The translations under genes and the position numbers were made by a program. DNA of 64,000 bases from Abditibacterium sp. (GTDB taxonomy: Bacteria; Armatimonadota; Abditibacteriia; Abditibacteriales; Abditibacteriaceae): NCBI GenBank assembly GCA_965199495.1, contig CBDASK010000003.1:3136001-3200000 (forward strand), written 5' to 3'. Shown piece by piece: positions 1-9,607 of this stretch. The notes under the pieces were generated by a model. It ran no database searches. It was not told the DNA's origin and saw nothing but the letters and a program-made list of their open reading frames with translations. How positions within the stretch are numbered: position 1 is the first letter of the stretch; every line of letters starts with the position of its first letter.

Positions 1-1860
1 GTGGCGACGATGCTCTTCGCGCTCGATCACCGTTCGGAAATTCACGCGCAGGTGACGGCGATTGTGCCCGCGCCCGCGCCCGGCCAAGATGTGAAACTGG
101 CGGCGCGCAGCTTGGCCGGAGTTTTGGGGATTTCGCTCTTCGTGGCCGTTTCGCTGTCGGGCCTATTGACCTCGCGCGATCCGCGCGACGGTTCGTCCTC
201 CGATTCCGCGATTTCGCTGTTGGCAATGCGCTTGACGCAGTTTAATTTTCAGCACGACGGCAGTTCCAATAGCTCTGGCATGGAGCGCCAGATCGATTTT
301 TCGACGGGCACTTCGCTTCCCACGCGCGCCATCTTGTGGAAAGCTGGCGTTTACACTCGCGATGGCCAGCAGATTTCCCCGGTTTATTGGCGACTTTTCA
401 CGCTATCGCAATATAATGGCGCGGTCTGGTCGCAGAGCAGCGGGAATACGCGCGACAGCGTGAAGCAACCTTGGACGGAAAGCCAATGGCCCAGCACAAG
501 TTCTCGCCAAGATGATAGTTTTGTTGTGGGTAAAAAGCAACCGAGAGATTTCACTCGGCCCCGTCAGGGAGGAAATTTCAGCAATGCGCTTACAGGATTC
601 GATATTTCCGAAGCGCAACCGCGACTAGCCCATATTTTCGGACGCCCCAGCCAACCCGTGCGTTATCGGCTGACGGCGATGCGCACAAGCTTGGGATTTT
701 TACCGTTGTTGCCCGCGCCCAGCACGCTCTATTTGCCCAGCAATCAACAAGACACTCTGCGCGTGCGCGACGATGGTGGCATTGACTTGAGTATTATCCT
801 CTCCGGTCAGACTTTTCGAGCGGTATCGCAGTTGCCCCAGGTTTCCCAATATGGTCTGAAAGGCGCGGGGCCGCCGCTAAAGAAAGTGGCCCCTTCCAAG
901 CAGCCACCGCCACAGGGTTCGCCCGTTTTGAGCGATTCCGAGCGCGCGATGTATCTGCAACTCCCCGCCGAATTGCCCGTGCGCGTGCGCCAGTTTGCGC
1001 GCGATGCGACGCGAAATATGGGCGCCGATGCCAGCAATTACGCGCGCGCGCAAAATCTGGCGCTCGCCACGCAAAAGGGCGCGATTTACACGTTGCGCCC
1101 GCCACAAATTCCCGCCGGACGCGATGCCGCCGACTTCTTTTTGTTCGAGAGTCGTCGCGGCTACTGCACCTATTTCGCGGGTGCTTTAACGATTTTATGC
1201 CGCACTGAGGGCATTCCGGCGCGCGTGGTTTCGGGCTTTGTCGCGCCCGAAAGGGATAGTAACGGTGAGAGCGTGATTCGCGATGCCAACGCGCACGCAT
1301 GGACAGAAATCTGGATCGAAGGTTGGGGCTGGGCCACCGTAGATGCCACGCCGCCCGATGATCGCGGCGACAACGCGCCAACGCTGCTGCAAAGCTGGGG
1401 CGACATCACCGCCGCTTTGCTGGATAAATCGCTGCGCGGGGCGCTCGTTCCCTGGCTGCCGGTGGCTGCTGGCGCGACTCTGATTGTGTTGGCTTTGGGC
1501 ATTTGGCGGTTTCGCCACGCCATCGCGCGCCGTTTGGGACGCACAACAATCGAGGAAACCGAACTCGCGCGCCGCCAAATCGCCGCCGATTACGAAAGTG
1601 GCGCGCGCGGATTGGCCCGTCGTTTTCGTCCGCGTCATGCGTGGGAAACGCCCGACGAATGGCTCCGCGCCGCGCGCGTTGCCGTGCCACAACTTCCGTT
1701 CGAGGCGTTGCAAATGCTCACCGATTTATACGTCCGCGCCCGTTTCTCGCCGCTCGATTTAAGCGCTAACGCTCTGCAACAATCGCAGCAAGCACGAACG
1801 GAAATTGTGTGGCCCAAAAGGAGAATATCGTCGCTTTTCCGCCGAGTGCCAAACAGTTAG
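1..1860 (+). CDS. Transglutaminase-like TgpA/DUF3488 membrane protein (probably 5'-truncated by the window edge)
   Basis: GYCTYFA...ARVVSGF...AHAWTEIW...WATVDATP gives the Cys-His-Asp transglutaminase triad, with flanking TM segments. Confidence 0.85.
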   Translation: MATMLFALDHRSEIHAQVTAIVPAPAPGQDVKLAARSLAGVLGISLFVAVSLSGLLTSRDPRDGSSSDSAISLLAMRLTQFNFQHDGSSNSSGMERQIDFSTGTSLPTRAILWKAGVYTRDGQQISPVYWRLFTLSQYNGAVWSQSSGNTRDSVKQPWTESQWPSTSSRQDDSFVVGKKQPRDFTRPRQGGNFSNALTGFDISEAQPRLAHIFGRPSQPVRYRLTAMRTSLGFLPLLPAPSTLYLPSNQQDTLRVRDDGGIDLSIILSGQTFRAVSQLPQVSQYGLKGAGPPLKKVAPSKQPPPQGSPVLSDSERAMYLQLPAELPVRVRQFARDATRNMGADASNYARAQNLALATQKGAIYTLRPPQIPAGRDAADFFLFESRRGYCTYFAGALTILCRTEGIPARVVSGFVAPERDSNGESVIRDANAHAWTEIWIEGWGWATVDATPPDDRGDNAPTLLQSWGDITAALLDKSLRGALVPWLPVAAGATLIVLALGIWRFRHAIARRLGRTTIEETELARRQIAADYESGARGLARRFRPRHAWETPDEWLRAARVAVPQLPFEALQMLTDLYVRARFSPLDLSANALQQSQQARTEIVWPKRRISSLFRRVPNS

Positions 1861-1896
1861 ATCGCTGTTTTGCATCCTTTTGGACGAGCTATAGAC

Positions 1897-1933
1897 AAAA
1901 AGACCGCGACCCAAAAGGGGTTGCGGTCTTTTT
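1897..1933. terminator. Bidirectional intrinsic terminator
   Basis: aaaaagaccgcgaccc-aaaag-gggttgcggtcttttt hairpin with A/T tails between convergent genes. Confidence 0.8.
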
Positions 1934-1949
1934 ACTTCGCGAGTCGAAA

Positions 1950-2294
1950 CTAAGATTTGGTTAAGCTCACGATCATATTCTGTGCGTCAGCGTCGAGACC
2001 ATAGCCCAGCGTGTTCTCGAAGAAACGGACGGGCACCATCATTTCGCCATTGTCAATCCAAGGGTGGGCTTGCAATTCGCTCTTTTCACCGTCAACATCA
2101 ACGGTGTTGTCGTTGCTTTTAAGAGTGATAATTTTGTCGTCCATGTAGACGATAGCAGTGCCCGTTGTCGGTTCCCAGTCCGCTTTGCCGCCCAGGGCGA
2201 CCACGACATCGCGCAGAGGCACATACATCGTGCCCGAACCCACGCGTGGCTCGGTGGCGACTTCGAGCATTTCGCCGTTTAACATATAAGGCAT
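1950..2294 (-). CDS. Copper amine oxidase N-terminal (stalk) domain protein
   Basis: MYVPLRDVVVALGGKADW and MMVPVRFFENTLG motifs; ATG at 2294 preceded by GGAGGG. Confidence 0.75.
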   Translation of the reverse strand: MPYMLNGEMLEVATEPRVGSGTMYVPLRDVVVALGGKADWEPTTGTAIVYMDDKIITLKSNDNTVDVDGEKSELQAHPWIDNGEMMVPVRFFENTLGYGLDADAQNMIVSLTKS

Positions 2295-2325
2295 AATTCC
2301 CTCCGAAAAAGTTAGGTCAGCTAAC

Positions 2326-2358
2326 AAAAAGGATGAACCTCGTGGCTCATCCTTTTTT
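2326..2358. terminator. Intrinsic terminator downstream of the BON lipoprotein gene
   Basis: aaaaaggatga...tcatcctttttt hairpin. Confidence 0.6.
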
Positions 2359-2362
2359 GTTT

Positions 2363-2917
2363 TTACATTTTTCCGCCAGCCACTTTCAACTGGTTGTCCA
2401 CGGTGAAACCGGTGGGGCCATTCTTTTTGGCGATGGCTTCGGCCATCGTCTTCTGCGCGGCGCTGGTGACAGTGCCACGCAATGCGATGGTATTTTTTGC
2501 GCCGATGGTGTCCACGTTAATGTTGCTGCCTTTCAACGCAGGTTGCGCGCCCAGAGCGGTTTTGATTTTCGGGGTGTAGGTCATCGCGTCGCCCGCGTTG
2601 GCAATCGCTCCACCAGCCGCTGCGGCACCCTGCGCGACATCAGTTGTCGCGTTGGCGGCGGCGTTGCCCATGGCATCGGTCGTATTGGCAGCCGCGTTGC
2701 CCATCGCGTCGGTGGTGTTACCAGCAGCGTCGGTCATGTTGCTCGCGGTGTTGCCCATGGCGTCGGCCACGTTTTCAGTTGTGTTGGCCGCTCCGCCAAC
2801 GACATTCTCGGTGGCGTCGGGCACGGCGTCATTGTCTTTGTTGGCGCAACCGGTGGCCAGCGTGATCATGACGCCTCCAGCTCCGAGCAGGGCAGTGTAT
2901 TTCTTGATGTTTTTCAT
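2363..2917 (-). CDS. BON-domain lipoprotein with internal 11-residue repeats
   Basis: Lipobox LATG-C; repeated NTTDAMGNAAA; C-terminal BON motif (KIKTAL...INVDT...IALRGTV...VDNQLKV). Confidence 0.8.
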   Translation of the reverse strand: MKNIKKYTALLGAGGVMITLATGCANKDNDAVPDATENVVGGAANTTENVADAMGNTASNMTDAAGNTTDAMGNAAANTTDAMGNAAANATTDVAQGAAAAGGAIANAGDAMTYTPKIKTALGAQPALKGSNINVDTIGAKNTIALRGTVTSAAQKTMAEAIAKKNGPTGFTVDNQLKVAGGKM

Positions 2918-3032
2918 TGATTTCTCCGTTGAAGTGCGTAAATTTTTACGACGCCCCCAGTTAAATGCAAATGCAAGGCCCGTGCAATAAGACAATGCAC
3001 ACAAAGTGAAATTTATTTAGTCCTTTCCCTTT

Positions 3033-4292
3033 TCACTTCATTGCATCGAGCGCCTCACTCAACGCTAAATTGAGTTGCTCGCCCGCATCCAAATCTTTGA
3101 GCGCGACGGTATCCGAAGCCAACTCGTTGTCGCCGATAATTAGCGCATAGCGCGCGCGGCTACGATTGGCCTCACGCATTTGCGCCTTCAGGCTGCGCCC
3201 CACGAAATCGCGGTCGCAACTCAAACCCGCGCCGCGCACGCGCGCCACCAATTGAGGCGCCGCCGCGCGCGCGTTGTCGCCCAGCGTCACCACGAACGCC
3301 GTCAATCGTTCGCGCTCAATCTTGGTTTGTTCCGATGCCGCGCGCACCAACAGCAACCGTTCGATGCCGCAACCGAACCCGATGCCCGGCGTGGCTGCTC
3401 CGCCCAACTCTTCGACCAAACCGTCGTAACGCCCGCCGCCCAAAACGGTGGACTGTGCGCCCAACTTGTCCGAAACCCACTCGAACGCCGTGCGCGAATA
3501 ATAATCGAAACCGCGCACCAGCAGCGAATCCACTTCATAAGCGATTTCTAAATTATCGAGAATCGCGCACACGCGCTCGAAGTGTTCGATAGATTCGCTG
3601 TCATGTTGCCGCAAATACGGCAACAATTCCGGCGCGCCTTCGAGGGCTTGATGATCGCGCTCGTCCTTGGAATCGAAGACGCGTAAGGGATTGGTATCCA
3701 ACCGGCGTTTGGAATCGTCGCTCAAGTTCTCGCGTTGCGGCTCCAAATAATCGCGTAGCCGCGCGATGTAGCCACGGCGGCTTTCCATCGTGCCCAGCGA
3801 ATTGATTTTCAGCGTCGCTTCGATGCCGATTGCGCGCAAAAACTCGGCGCTCAAAGCCAAAACTTCGGCATCGGCATCGGGCGAAGCCGCGCCCAACATC
3901 TCGACGCCGCATTGGTGATGCTGGCGATAACGCCCGGCCTGCACCGCTTCGTAGCGAAAATTCGGTTGAATATAAAACAGCTTGGCGACCGGCCCGCGCT
4001 CGTTGATGTGATGTTCCAAATAAGAGCGCACGACGCCCGCCGTGCCTTCGGGCCGCAATGTATACGATTCGCCGTCCAAAGCCGTGAAGGTATACATCTG
4101 CTTGGTCACCATCACGTCGGACGAGGCGCCGGTCGCGCGCGAAAAAAGTTCGGTTTGTTCAAAGAGCGGCGTGCGGATTTCGTGGAAACCGGCGCGCGCG
4201 CAGATTTGGCGAAACGTCTCTTCGACGAAGCGCCAATCGGCGATCTGTTCGGGCAAAATGTCGTGCGTGCCACGCGGAGATTGATATTTCAT
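3033..4292 (-). CDS. hisS: Histidine-tRNA ligase
   Basis: PRGTHD, LRPEGTAG, LVRGFDYY and GGGRYDGL motifs. Confidence 0.97.
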   Translation of the reverse strand: MKYQSPRGTHDILPEQIADWRFVEETFRQICARAGFHEIRTPLFEQTELFSRATGASSDVMVTKQMYTFTALDGESYTLRPEGTAGVVRSYLEHHINERGPVAKLFYIQPNFRYEAVQAGRYRQHHQCGVEMLGAASPDADAEVLALSAEFLRAIGIEATLKINSLGTMESRRGYIARLRDYLEPQRENLSDDSKRRLDTNPLRVFDSKDERDHQALEGAPELLPYLRQHDSESIEHFERVCAILDNLEIAYEVDSLLVRGFDYYSRTAFEWVSDKLGAQSTVLGGGRYDGLVEELGGAATPGIGFGCGIERLLLVRAASEQTKIERERLTAFVVTLGDNARAAAPQLVARVRGAGLSCDRDFVGRSLKAQMREANRSRARYALIIGDNELASDTVALKDLDAGEQLNLALSEALDAMK

Positions 4293-4342
4293 GGTTTGTG
4301 TTTAGGGTTTGGCAAGCGTTGTAATAGTGGAAGAAAACATTA

Positions 4343-4861
4343 TTATTTGCAAAGCGACAGAATCTGTGCTTCAAATGTGGGAAATTCTGCCTGCGCCCTT
4401 GCGATTATTTCGCTCGGCTTGCTTTGTGAAGTGGTTGAGTTCCGGCGGGCGAATGCGCTAAATTCGGCATCGGGAGTTTTGCCGTCATCCGGGGAAGAGA
4501 TGGCTTCAAGTGGGCCGTGTCCACTGGCTAACAACCATAAATAATCCGAAAAATTTCGGGCGATCACTCCCATTTCGCCCTCAGAACCAAAAAATACGAG
4601 GGGTTGCTCCAAAAGGTCTGATTGCTCTCGGACAAGCCAAAACGCGGCATATCCGCCAGTGCCATCTTGGCCAAAGATTAAGTAGTGGCTCGCGTCCGCG
4701 TTGACATTTCCCGTCCAAGCCCGAAACCAATTTTGAGTGTCTTCGACCGAAAGAAATGTCTCATACGGCTCAAAATCAATGCCCTCGCCATCCAGATAAT
4801 CGAAGGAAAAAGTATGGAGTTGCCGCATTAAAGCGGGCATCTCTATATTATTTGATTCCAT
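4343..4861 (-). CDS. SMI1/KNR4 (SUKH)-like immunity protein
   Basis: FGQDGTGGYAAFW...PLVFFGSEG...IARNFSDYL pattern. Confidence 0.65.
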   Translation of the reverse strand: MESNNIEMPALMRQLHTFSFDYLDGEGIDFEPYETFLSVEDTQNWFRAWTGNVNADASHYLIFGQDGTGGYAAFWLVREQSDLLEQPLVFFGSEGEMGVIARNFSDYLWLLASGHGPLEAISSPDDGKTPDAEFSAFARRNSTTSQSKPSEIIARAQAEFPTFEAQILSLCK

Positions 4862-4863
4862 AT

Positions 4864-6108
4864 TTACGCCGCCAGCGCGCTCATCACCGTATTAATATCT
4901 TTGTCGCCGCGCCCCGACAAATTGACGATAATCCTTTGATCCGCCGTCATCGAAGGCGCCAATTCGTTGAGATAAGCCAGCGCATGCGAACTTTCGAGCG
5001 CGGGCAAAATGCCTTCGAGGCGACACAACAATTGCAACGCGTCGAGCGCTTCCTGATCGGTCGCGGCGGCGTATTGGGCGCGTCCACTATCTTTTAAATG
5101 CGCGTGTTCCGGCCCGACGCCGGGATAATCCAAACCCGCCGAAATCGAGTGGGTTTCCTGGATCTGGCCCCAATCGTCCTGCATGATATACGAAAGCGAA
5201 CCGTGCAAAACGCCTTTGGTGCCCCGGTTCAAGGGCGCCGCGTGCTTGCCCGAATCCAGACCGTCGCCCGCCGCTTCGACGCCGATCAATCGCACGCTTT
5301 TGTCTTCGACGAACGGATAAAACAGGCCCATCGCATTGGAGCCGCCGCCGATGCACGCCAAACAAACGTCGGGCAATTGGCCGGTCTGCTCCAAAATCTG
5401 CGCGCGCGCTTCTTGGCCTGTGACGGCGTGGAAATCGCGCACCATCGCCGGAAACGGGTGCGGCCCGACGACGCTGCCGATAATATAATGCGTATCGCGC
5501 ACGTTAGTCACCCAATCGCGCATCGCTTCGTTGGTCGCGTCTTTGAGCGTTTTCGAGCCGCTCATCACGGGAATCACATTGGCGCCCAGCAGTTTCATGC
5601 GAAACACGTTGAGCGATTGGCGGCGCGTGTCTTCCTCGCCCATGTAAACGTCGCACGCGAAACCGAAACGCGCGGCGACGGTGGCAGTAGCCACGCCGTG
5701 CTGGCCCGCGCCGGTTTCGGCGATGAGACGCGGTTTGCCCATGCGCTTGGCGAGCAGCGCCTGGCCCAGCGCGTTATTAATTTTATGCGCGCCCGTATGC
5801 AGCAAATCTTCGCGCTTGAGGAAAATCTGCGCGCCGCCGAAATGTTCGGTCAGTCGCGTGGCGTGATAGAGCGGCGTCGGGCGCCCGGCGAAATCGCGCA
5901 ACAGTTCGCTGAGTTCGGCGCAAAACGATGGGTCGGCGAGCGCATTGCGATAGGTTTCTTCGAGTTCGCGCAACGCGACCATCAAAGTTTCGGGCACGAA
6001 CTGACCGCCAAACGCGCCAAAATGCCCCAGTTCGGACGATTCGAGTTGGGCGGCAACGGCTTCGGTTACGATTTCCTGCGCGGCATCGGAGGTAGCGACG
6101 GATGACAT
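4864..6108 (-). CDS. trpB: Tryptophan synthase beta chain
   Basis: HTGAHKINN (PLP lysine), [16 protein letters not shown] and SGRGDKD motifs. Confidence 0.97.
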   Translation of the reverse strand: MSSVATSDAAQEIVTEAVAAQLESSELGHFGAFGGQFVPETLMVALRELEETYRNALADPSFCAELSELLRDFAGRPTPLYHATRLTEHFGGAQIFLKREDLLHTGAHKINNALGQALLAKRMGKPRLIAETGAGQHGVATATVAARFGFACDVYMGEEDTRRQSLNVFRMKLLGANVIPVMSGSKTLKDATNEAMRDWVTNVRDTHYIIGSVVGPHPFPAMVRDFHAVTGQEARAQILEQTGQLPDVCLACIGGGSNAMGLFYPFVEDKSVRLIGVEAAGDGLDSGKHAAPLNRGTKGVLHGSLSYIMQDDWGQIQETHSISAGLDYPGVGPEHAHLKDSGRAQYAAATDQEALDALQLLCRLEGILPALESSHALAYLNELAPSMTADQRIIVNLSGRGDKDINTVMSALAA

Positions 6109-6154
6109 ATTCCGTTAGTTTGCCAAATTGCGGGCTTTCCCGATTTGAATTAGT

Positions 6155-6302
6155 CACAGAGTTCACCGAGGACGCACAGAGGGGCACAGAGAAGGGAGAA
6201 GAAAGTAACTCACAAAAGCAAAAATATATTTTGTATTTATTCTATTTTTTGATTTCTTTTCCCTTCTCTGTGCCCCTCTGTGCGTCCTCGGTGAACTCTG
6301 TG
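6155..6302. repeat. Long palindromic REP-like element (CACAGAG family)
   Basis: Perfect 43-bp inverted arms at 6155-6197 and 6260-6302 around an AT-rich spacer. Confidence 0.9.
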
Positions 6303-7363
6303 GCTGAATCCAAAATCGCAATCGGTTCGCGCAGATAACCCGCGACGCTCGCCATGAAAGCTGCTGCGCCGACGCCATTGAGAATGCGATGATCGAAGGT
6401 TAAAACGAAGTTGACGACCTGCTGCCACTCCATGCCGCCATCGTCGGTTTTGACCGGAATATCACTTGGCGTGCCGACAAATAACGTCGCCACGGCGGGG
6501 AAAAGCACGCGAGGCGTGGCCGTCCAGATGTTGTGGCCCGCCATGTAGCTAATCAGCATTTGTGGACGGCCCGGCGTCGCGCGGCCCGCCTGAATGTCGG
6601 TGATGCTGTGGCGCATCGCGTCGAGGAAATTGCCCAGTTCGAGCGTACAGGCGGCGGGCAGAGAAGCCACGCCCAGTTCGTCGTGCGGCAGACCGACGGC
6701 GTTGCCCAGACACACTTCGCTCTGGGTTTCGTAGCCGCGCGCGCCGTTGTTATTGGTCAAAAAGCGCGGGTGATCTTTCATCGCGCGCGTCACGCTCCAC
6801 GCGATCAGTTCGGGCCGCGACGGACGATGATCTAAATTTTGCGATTCGCGCAACGCGTGACAGGTCGGTAGCAGGTTGTCCCACGGAATGCGAACCGTAA
6901 TCGAGGCTTCGGAAATATAATTCTGCGAATCGGAAAACAGTTGACCAAGCCGAACCTGGCGCACCGACAAATCGAGCGGTTCTTCGCGTGGTGCATCGGG
7001 CGCCTTGTTCTTTTGCGCCGCCTTTTCGCGCGGCGACATCGCCCGATTGCGTAGCTTGGAAACCGGCGATGGCGCCGCCGTGGCTGCATCGGAGATGGCG
7101 GCGTGTCCATTGGTTCCGTTGGTATGCGCCAGACTTTCGACGCGCGCGACGACGGTGCCAACGGGAATGGTTTCGCCGGGTTGCACGAGCCATTTGCGCA
7201 GACAACCACCGTGCGGAGTTTCAATTTCCATCACGGCTTTGTCGGTTTCCACTTCGAGCAGAAGCTCGTCTTTCTGAAGCATATCACCCTCGTTTTTGAG
7301 GAGTGCGACGACGCGAACTTCGGTCAGACCTTCGCCCAGTTGGGATATTTTGATTTCGTGCAT
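6242..7363 (-). CDS. 2-oxoacid dehydrogenase E2-like acyltransferase (lipoyl domain plus divergent catalytic domain)
   Basis: EVETDKA lipoyl motif and FDHRILNG; the last ~20 codons lie inside the 6155-6302 repeat. Confidence 0.85.
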   Translation of the reverse strand: MHEIKISQLGEGLTEVRVVALLKNEGDMLQKDELLLEVETDKAVMEIETPHGGCLRKWLVQPGETIPVGTVVARVESLAHTNGTNGHAAISDAATAAPSPVSKLRNRAMSPREKAAQKNKAPDAPREEPLDLSVRQVRLGQLFSDSQNYISEASITVRIPWDNLLPTCHALRESQNLDHRPSRPELIAWSVTRAMKDHPRFLTNNNGARGYETQSEVCLGNAVGLPHDELGVASLPAACTLELGNFLDAMRHSITDIQAGRATPGRPQMLISYMAGHNIWTATPRVLFPAVATLFVGTPSDIPVKTDDGGMEWQQVVNFVLTFDHRILNGVGAAAFMASVAGYLREPIAILDSATEFTEDAQRGTEKGKEIKK

Positions 7364-7375
7364 TTGTTAGGGAAT

Positions 7376-7518
7376 AGACACAGATGACACGGAGAACGCA
7401 CAGAGCGACACAGAGAAGAATGAAACAACTCAAACTCAATCGCTTGAATTGTCACTCTTTTTGACTTCTTTGTTCTTCTCTGTGTCTCTCTGTGCGTTCT
7501 CCGTGTCCTCTGTGGCTA
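7376..7518. repeat. Palindromic REP-like element (CACAGAG family)
   Basis: cacagatgacacggagaacgcacagagcgacacagagaagaa and ttcttctctgtgtctctctgtgcgttctccgtgtcctctgtg form imperfect inverted arms. Confidence 0.85.
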
Positions 7519-7522
7519 ATTT

Positions 7523-9478
7523 CTACTCTTCCATCGCGCGTCTCACCGCGTTTTTCACATCGTTCACCGAGGGCAAAAGCGCCAACTCTAAATCGGGATG
7601 GAATGGAATATGAGCATCGGCGCGCGCCACGAGTTGCGGGCGCGCCGCCAATTGGTTCCAAAATTCGGCGTCGGTCGTGGCGCGCGAGATAATCGCCTGA
7701 CCGAATCCGCAGGTCTCGTTGTCCTCGTGAACCACGATTAAGCGGCCCGTAACCGAGAGCGAACGTTGAATCGCGGCCCAGTCGCACGGCACGAGCGTGC
7801 GCAAATCCAAAACTTCGACCGATATATCCTCGTTTTCCAGCTCGGCAGCGGCGCTCAACGCGATTTCGACGCCGTTGCCCCACGTCACAATTGTCGCGTC
7901 TTCGCCCGCCAAACGCACGCTCGCGCGGCCAAATCCCTGCGGCGCGGGCACGTCCCATTCCCACTTGCGGCGCAGCAGATGCTTGGGCAACAGAAACACG
8001 ACCGGATCATCGAGCGTGTAGGCCGTCTCCAACAGAGCCACGGCGTCGTGTGGCGTCGAAGGATAGGCCAGCAAAAGTCCGGGAACGTGCGCGAAAAACG
8101 CTTCGCCGCTCTGGCTGTGCCACGGCCCGCCCGACGGCAGATAGCCGCCGCACGGCATGAAGAAAATGCCGGGACACTTCCACGCTCCGTCCGAGCGCCA
8201 GCGCAGCGTCGCCAGTTGGTTCATCAACTGGTTGAGCGCTGTGCCGACGAAATCAACGAATTGAACCTCGAATATCGGCTTCCAGCCCGCGACCGACAAG
8301 CCGGGCGCGGTGCCCATAATCGTCGCTTCGGCGAGCGGCGAATTGAACACGCGGTCGGGATATTTTTTCGACAAACCTTTGGTCAAACCGAACACGCCGC
8401 CCTTGGGGTCTTCGACATCTTCGCCGAAAAATAGCGCGTTTGGCTCGGCGGCAAAGCGGCGATGCAACGCGTCATTGAGCGCGCCCAAAATCGTCTGCGG
8501 TTCGCCGTGATGCCGCGAGCGGGGCGCCGTGGCTGCTCTCGCGTCAGCTTCCATTTCACGATTCGTCCATTGCGACTGCGGCGACGGCGCGTTTTCGGCG
8601 CGCGTGTAATCGGCCTCGACCGATTCGAGAATCGCCCGATGCTCCGTGCGCCAATCGGCCTCGGTCAATTCGCCTTCGCTGATGAGACGCGCTTTCAAAA
8701 GTTCAATCGGATCGCGCGCGCCCATCGCTTCGAGTTCGGCTTGCGGGCGATAAACCCGATGATCGTCCGACGCGGTGTGCGACCACAACCGGTCAATTTC
8801 CAGCCACAAAACGCTCGGCCCGCCACCACTGCGCGCTTCGTCCAATAACTTTTGGCTACAACCATAAACCGCGTGTGCGTTGCGTCCGTTGACGACGAAA
8901 CGTCGCTCCGGCGCGAGCGCGCCGATATTCCACGGCGTCATATTGCCCGTTGGCGTGGTGATGCCATAGCCGTTGTCTTCGACAACGAAAACAATCGGCA
9001 AATTTTCCTGTAACGCGAAACACCACGCTTCGTAGAACTCGCCCTGACGCGTCGAAGCGTCGCCGATGCAGCACAAAACCGCGTGGTTTTCGCCGCGCAG
9101 TTTGAACGCCCACGCCGTGCCCGTCGCGGGCAGACATTGCAAACCCGTTGGCGTCGCGCTGGGGAAAATATTGCGCGCGCGGTCGCTGTAATGGCTCGAC
9201 ATCAGGCGTCCCGCGCTGCACGAACCTGCGCGCGCGAAAAACGCCAATGCCAGATCGTAATTGGAAACGCCGCGCGCGAGGGCGAGGGCGCGCTCGCGGT
9301 AATACGGATAAATATAATCGCCCGGCCCCAGACAATCGGCCAGCACCGCCAGCGTTTCGTGCCCGGCACCCGGCACCTGAATCCAGCCGCGCCCCTGACG
9401 AAAGAGAATGCCTTCGCGCCGGTCGCCTTCGCGCGAAAGCGTCATGGTGCGCAACCAATTGAGGGGAATATTTTCCAT
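7523..9478 (-). CDS. Fused E1 alpha/beta TPP-dependent 2-oxoacid dehydrogenase
   Basis: GDASTRQG...DNGY TPP motif, GEDV..KGGVF, FNSPLAEA and EVLDLRTL. Confidence 0.9.
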   Translation of the reverse strand: MENIPLNWLRTMTLSREGDRREGILFRQGRGWIQVPGAGHETLAVLADCLGPGDYIYPYYRERALALARGVSNYDLALAFFARAGSCSAGRLMSSHYSDRARNIFPSATPTGLQCLPATGTAWAFKLRGENHAVLCCIGDASTRQGEFYEAWCFALQENLPIVFVVEDNGYGITTPTGNMTPWNIGALAPERRFVVNGRNAHAVYGCSQKLLDEARSGGGPSVLWLEIDRLWSHTASDDHRVYRPQAELEAMGARDPIELLKARLISEGELTEADWRTEHRAILESVEADYTRAENAPSPQSQWTNREMEADARAATAPRSRHHGEPQTILGALNDALHRRFAAEPNALFFGEDVEDPKGGVFGLTKGLSKKYPDRVFNSPLAEATIMGTAPGLSVAGWKPIFEVQFVDFVGTALNQLMNQLATLRWRSDGAWKCPGIFFMPCGGYLPSGGPWHSQSGEAFFAHVPGLLLAYPSTPHDAVALLETAYTLDDPVVFLLPKHLLRRKWEWDVPAPQGFGRASVRLAGEDATIVTWGNGVEIALSAAAELENEDISVEVLDLRTLVPCDWAAIQRSLSVTGRLIVVHEDNETCGFGQAIISRATTDAEFWNQLAARPQLVARADAHIPFHPDLELALLPSVNDVKNAVRRAMEE

Positions 9479-9607
9479 GCGGTTTACAAAACGTGCCGAT
9501 GGAGTTTAAGGGAAACCCCTCTACGCGTTTTGTAGAGAAGCACAAATGCAATAAATTCGCGGCTGTTTCAAGAGGCTTGTTATTGCTCAACTCAACTCAA
9601 TCCAAAC

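Noticed and set aside
5098..6105. Long antisense ORFs (e.g. 5098-6105, 16606-17547, 47956-49122)
   Set aside because: They mirror well-supported genes on the opposite strand, as expected with GC-rich codon usage.
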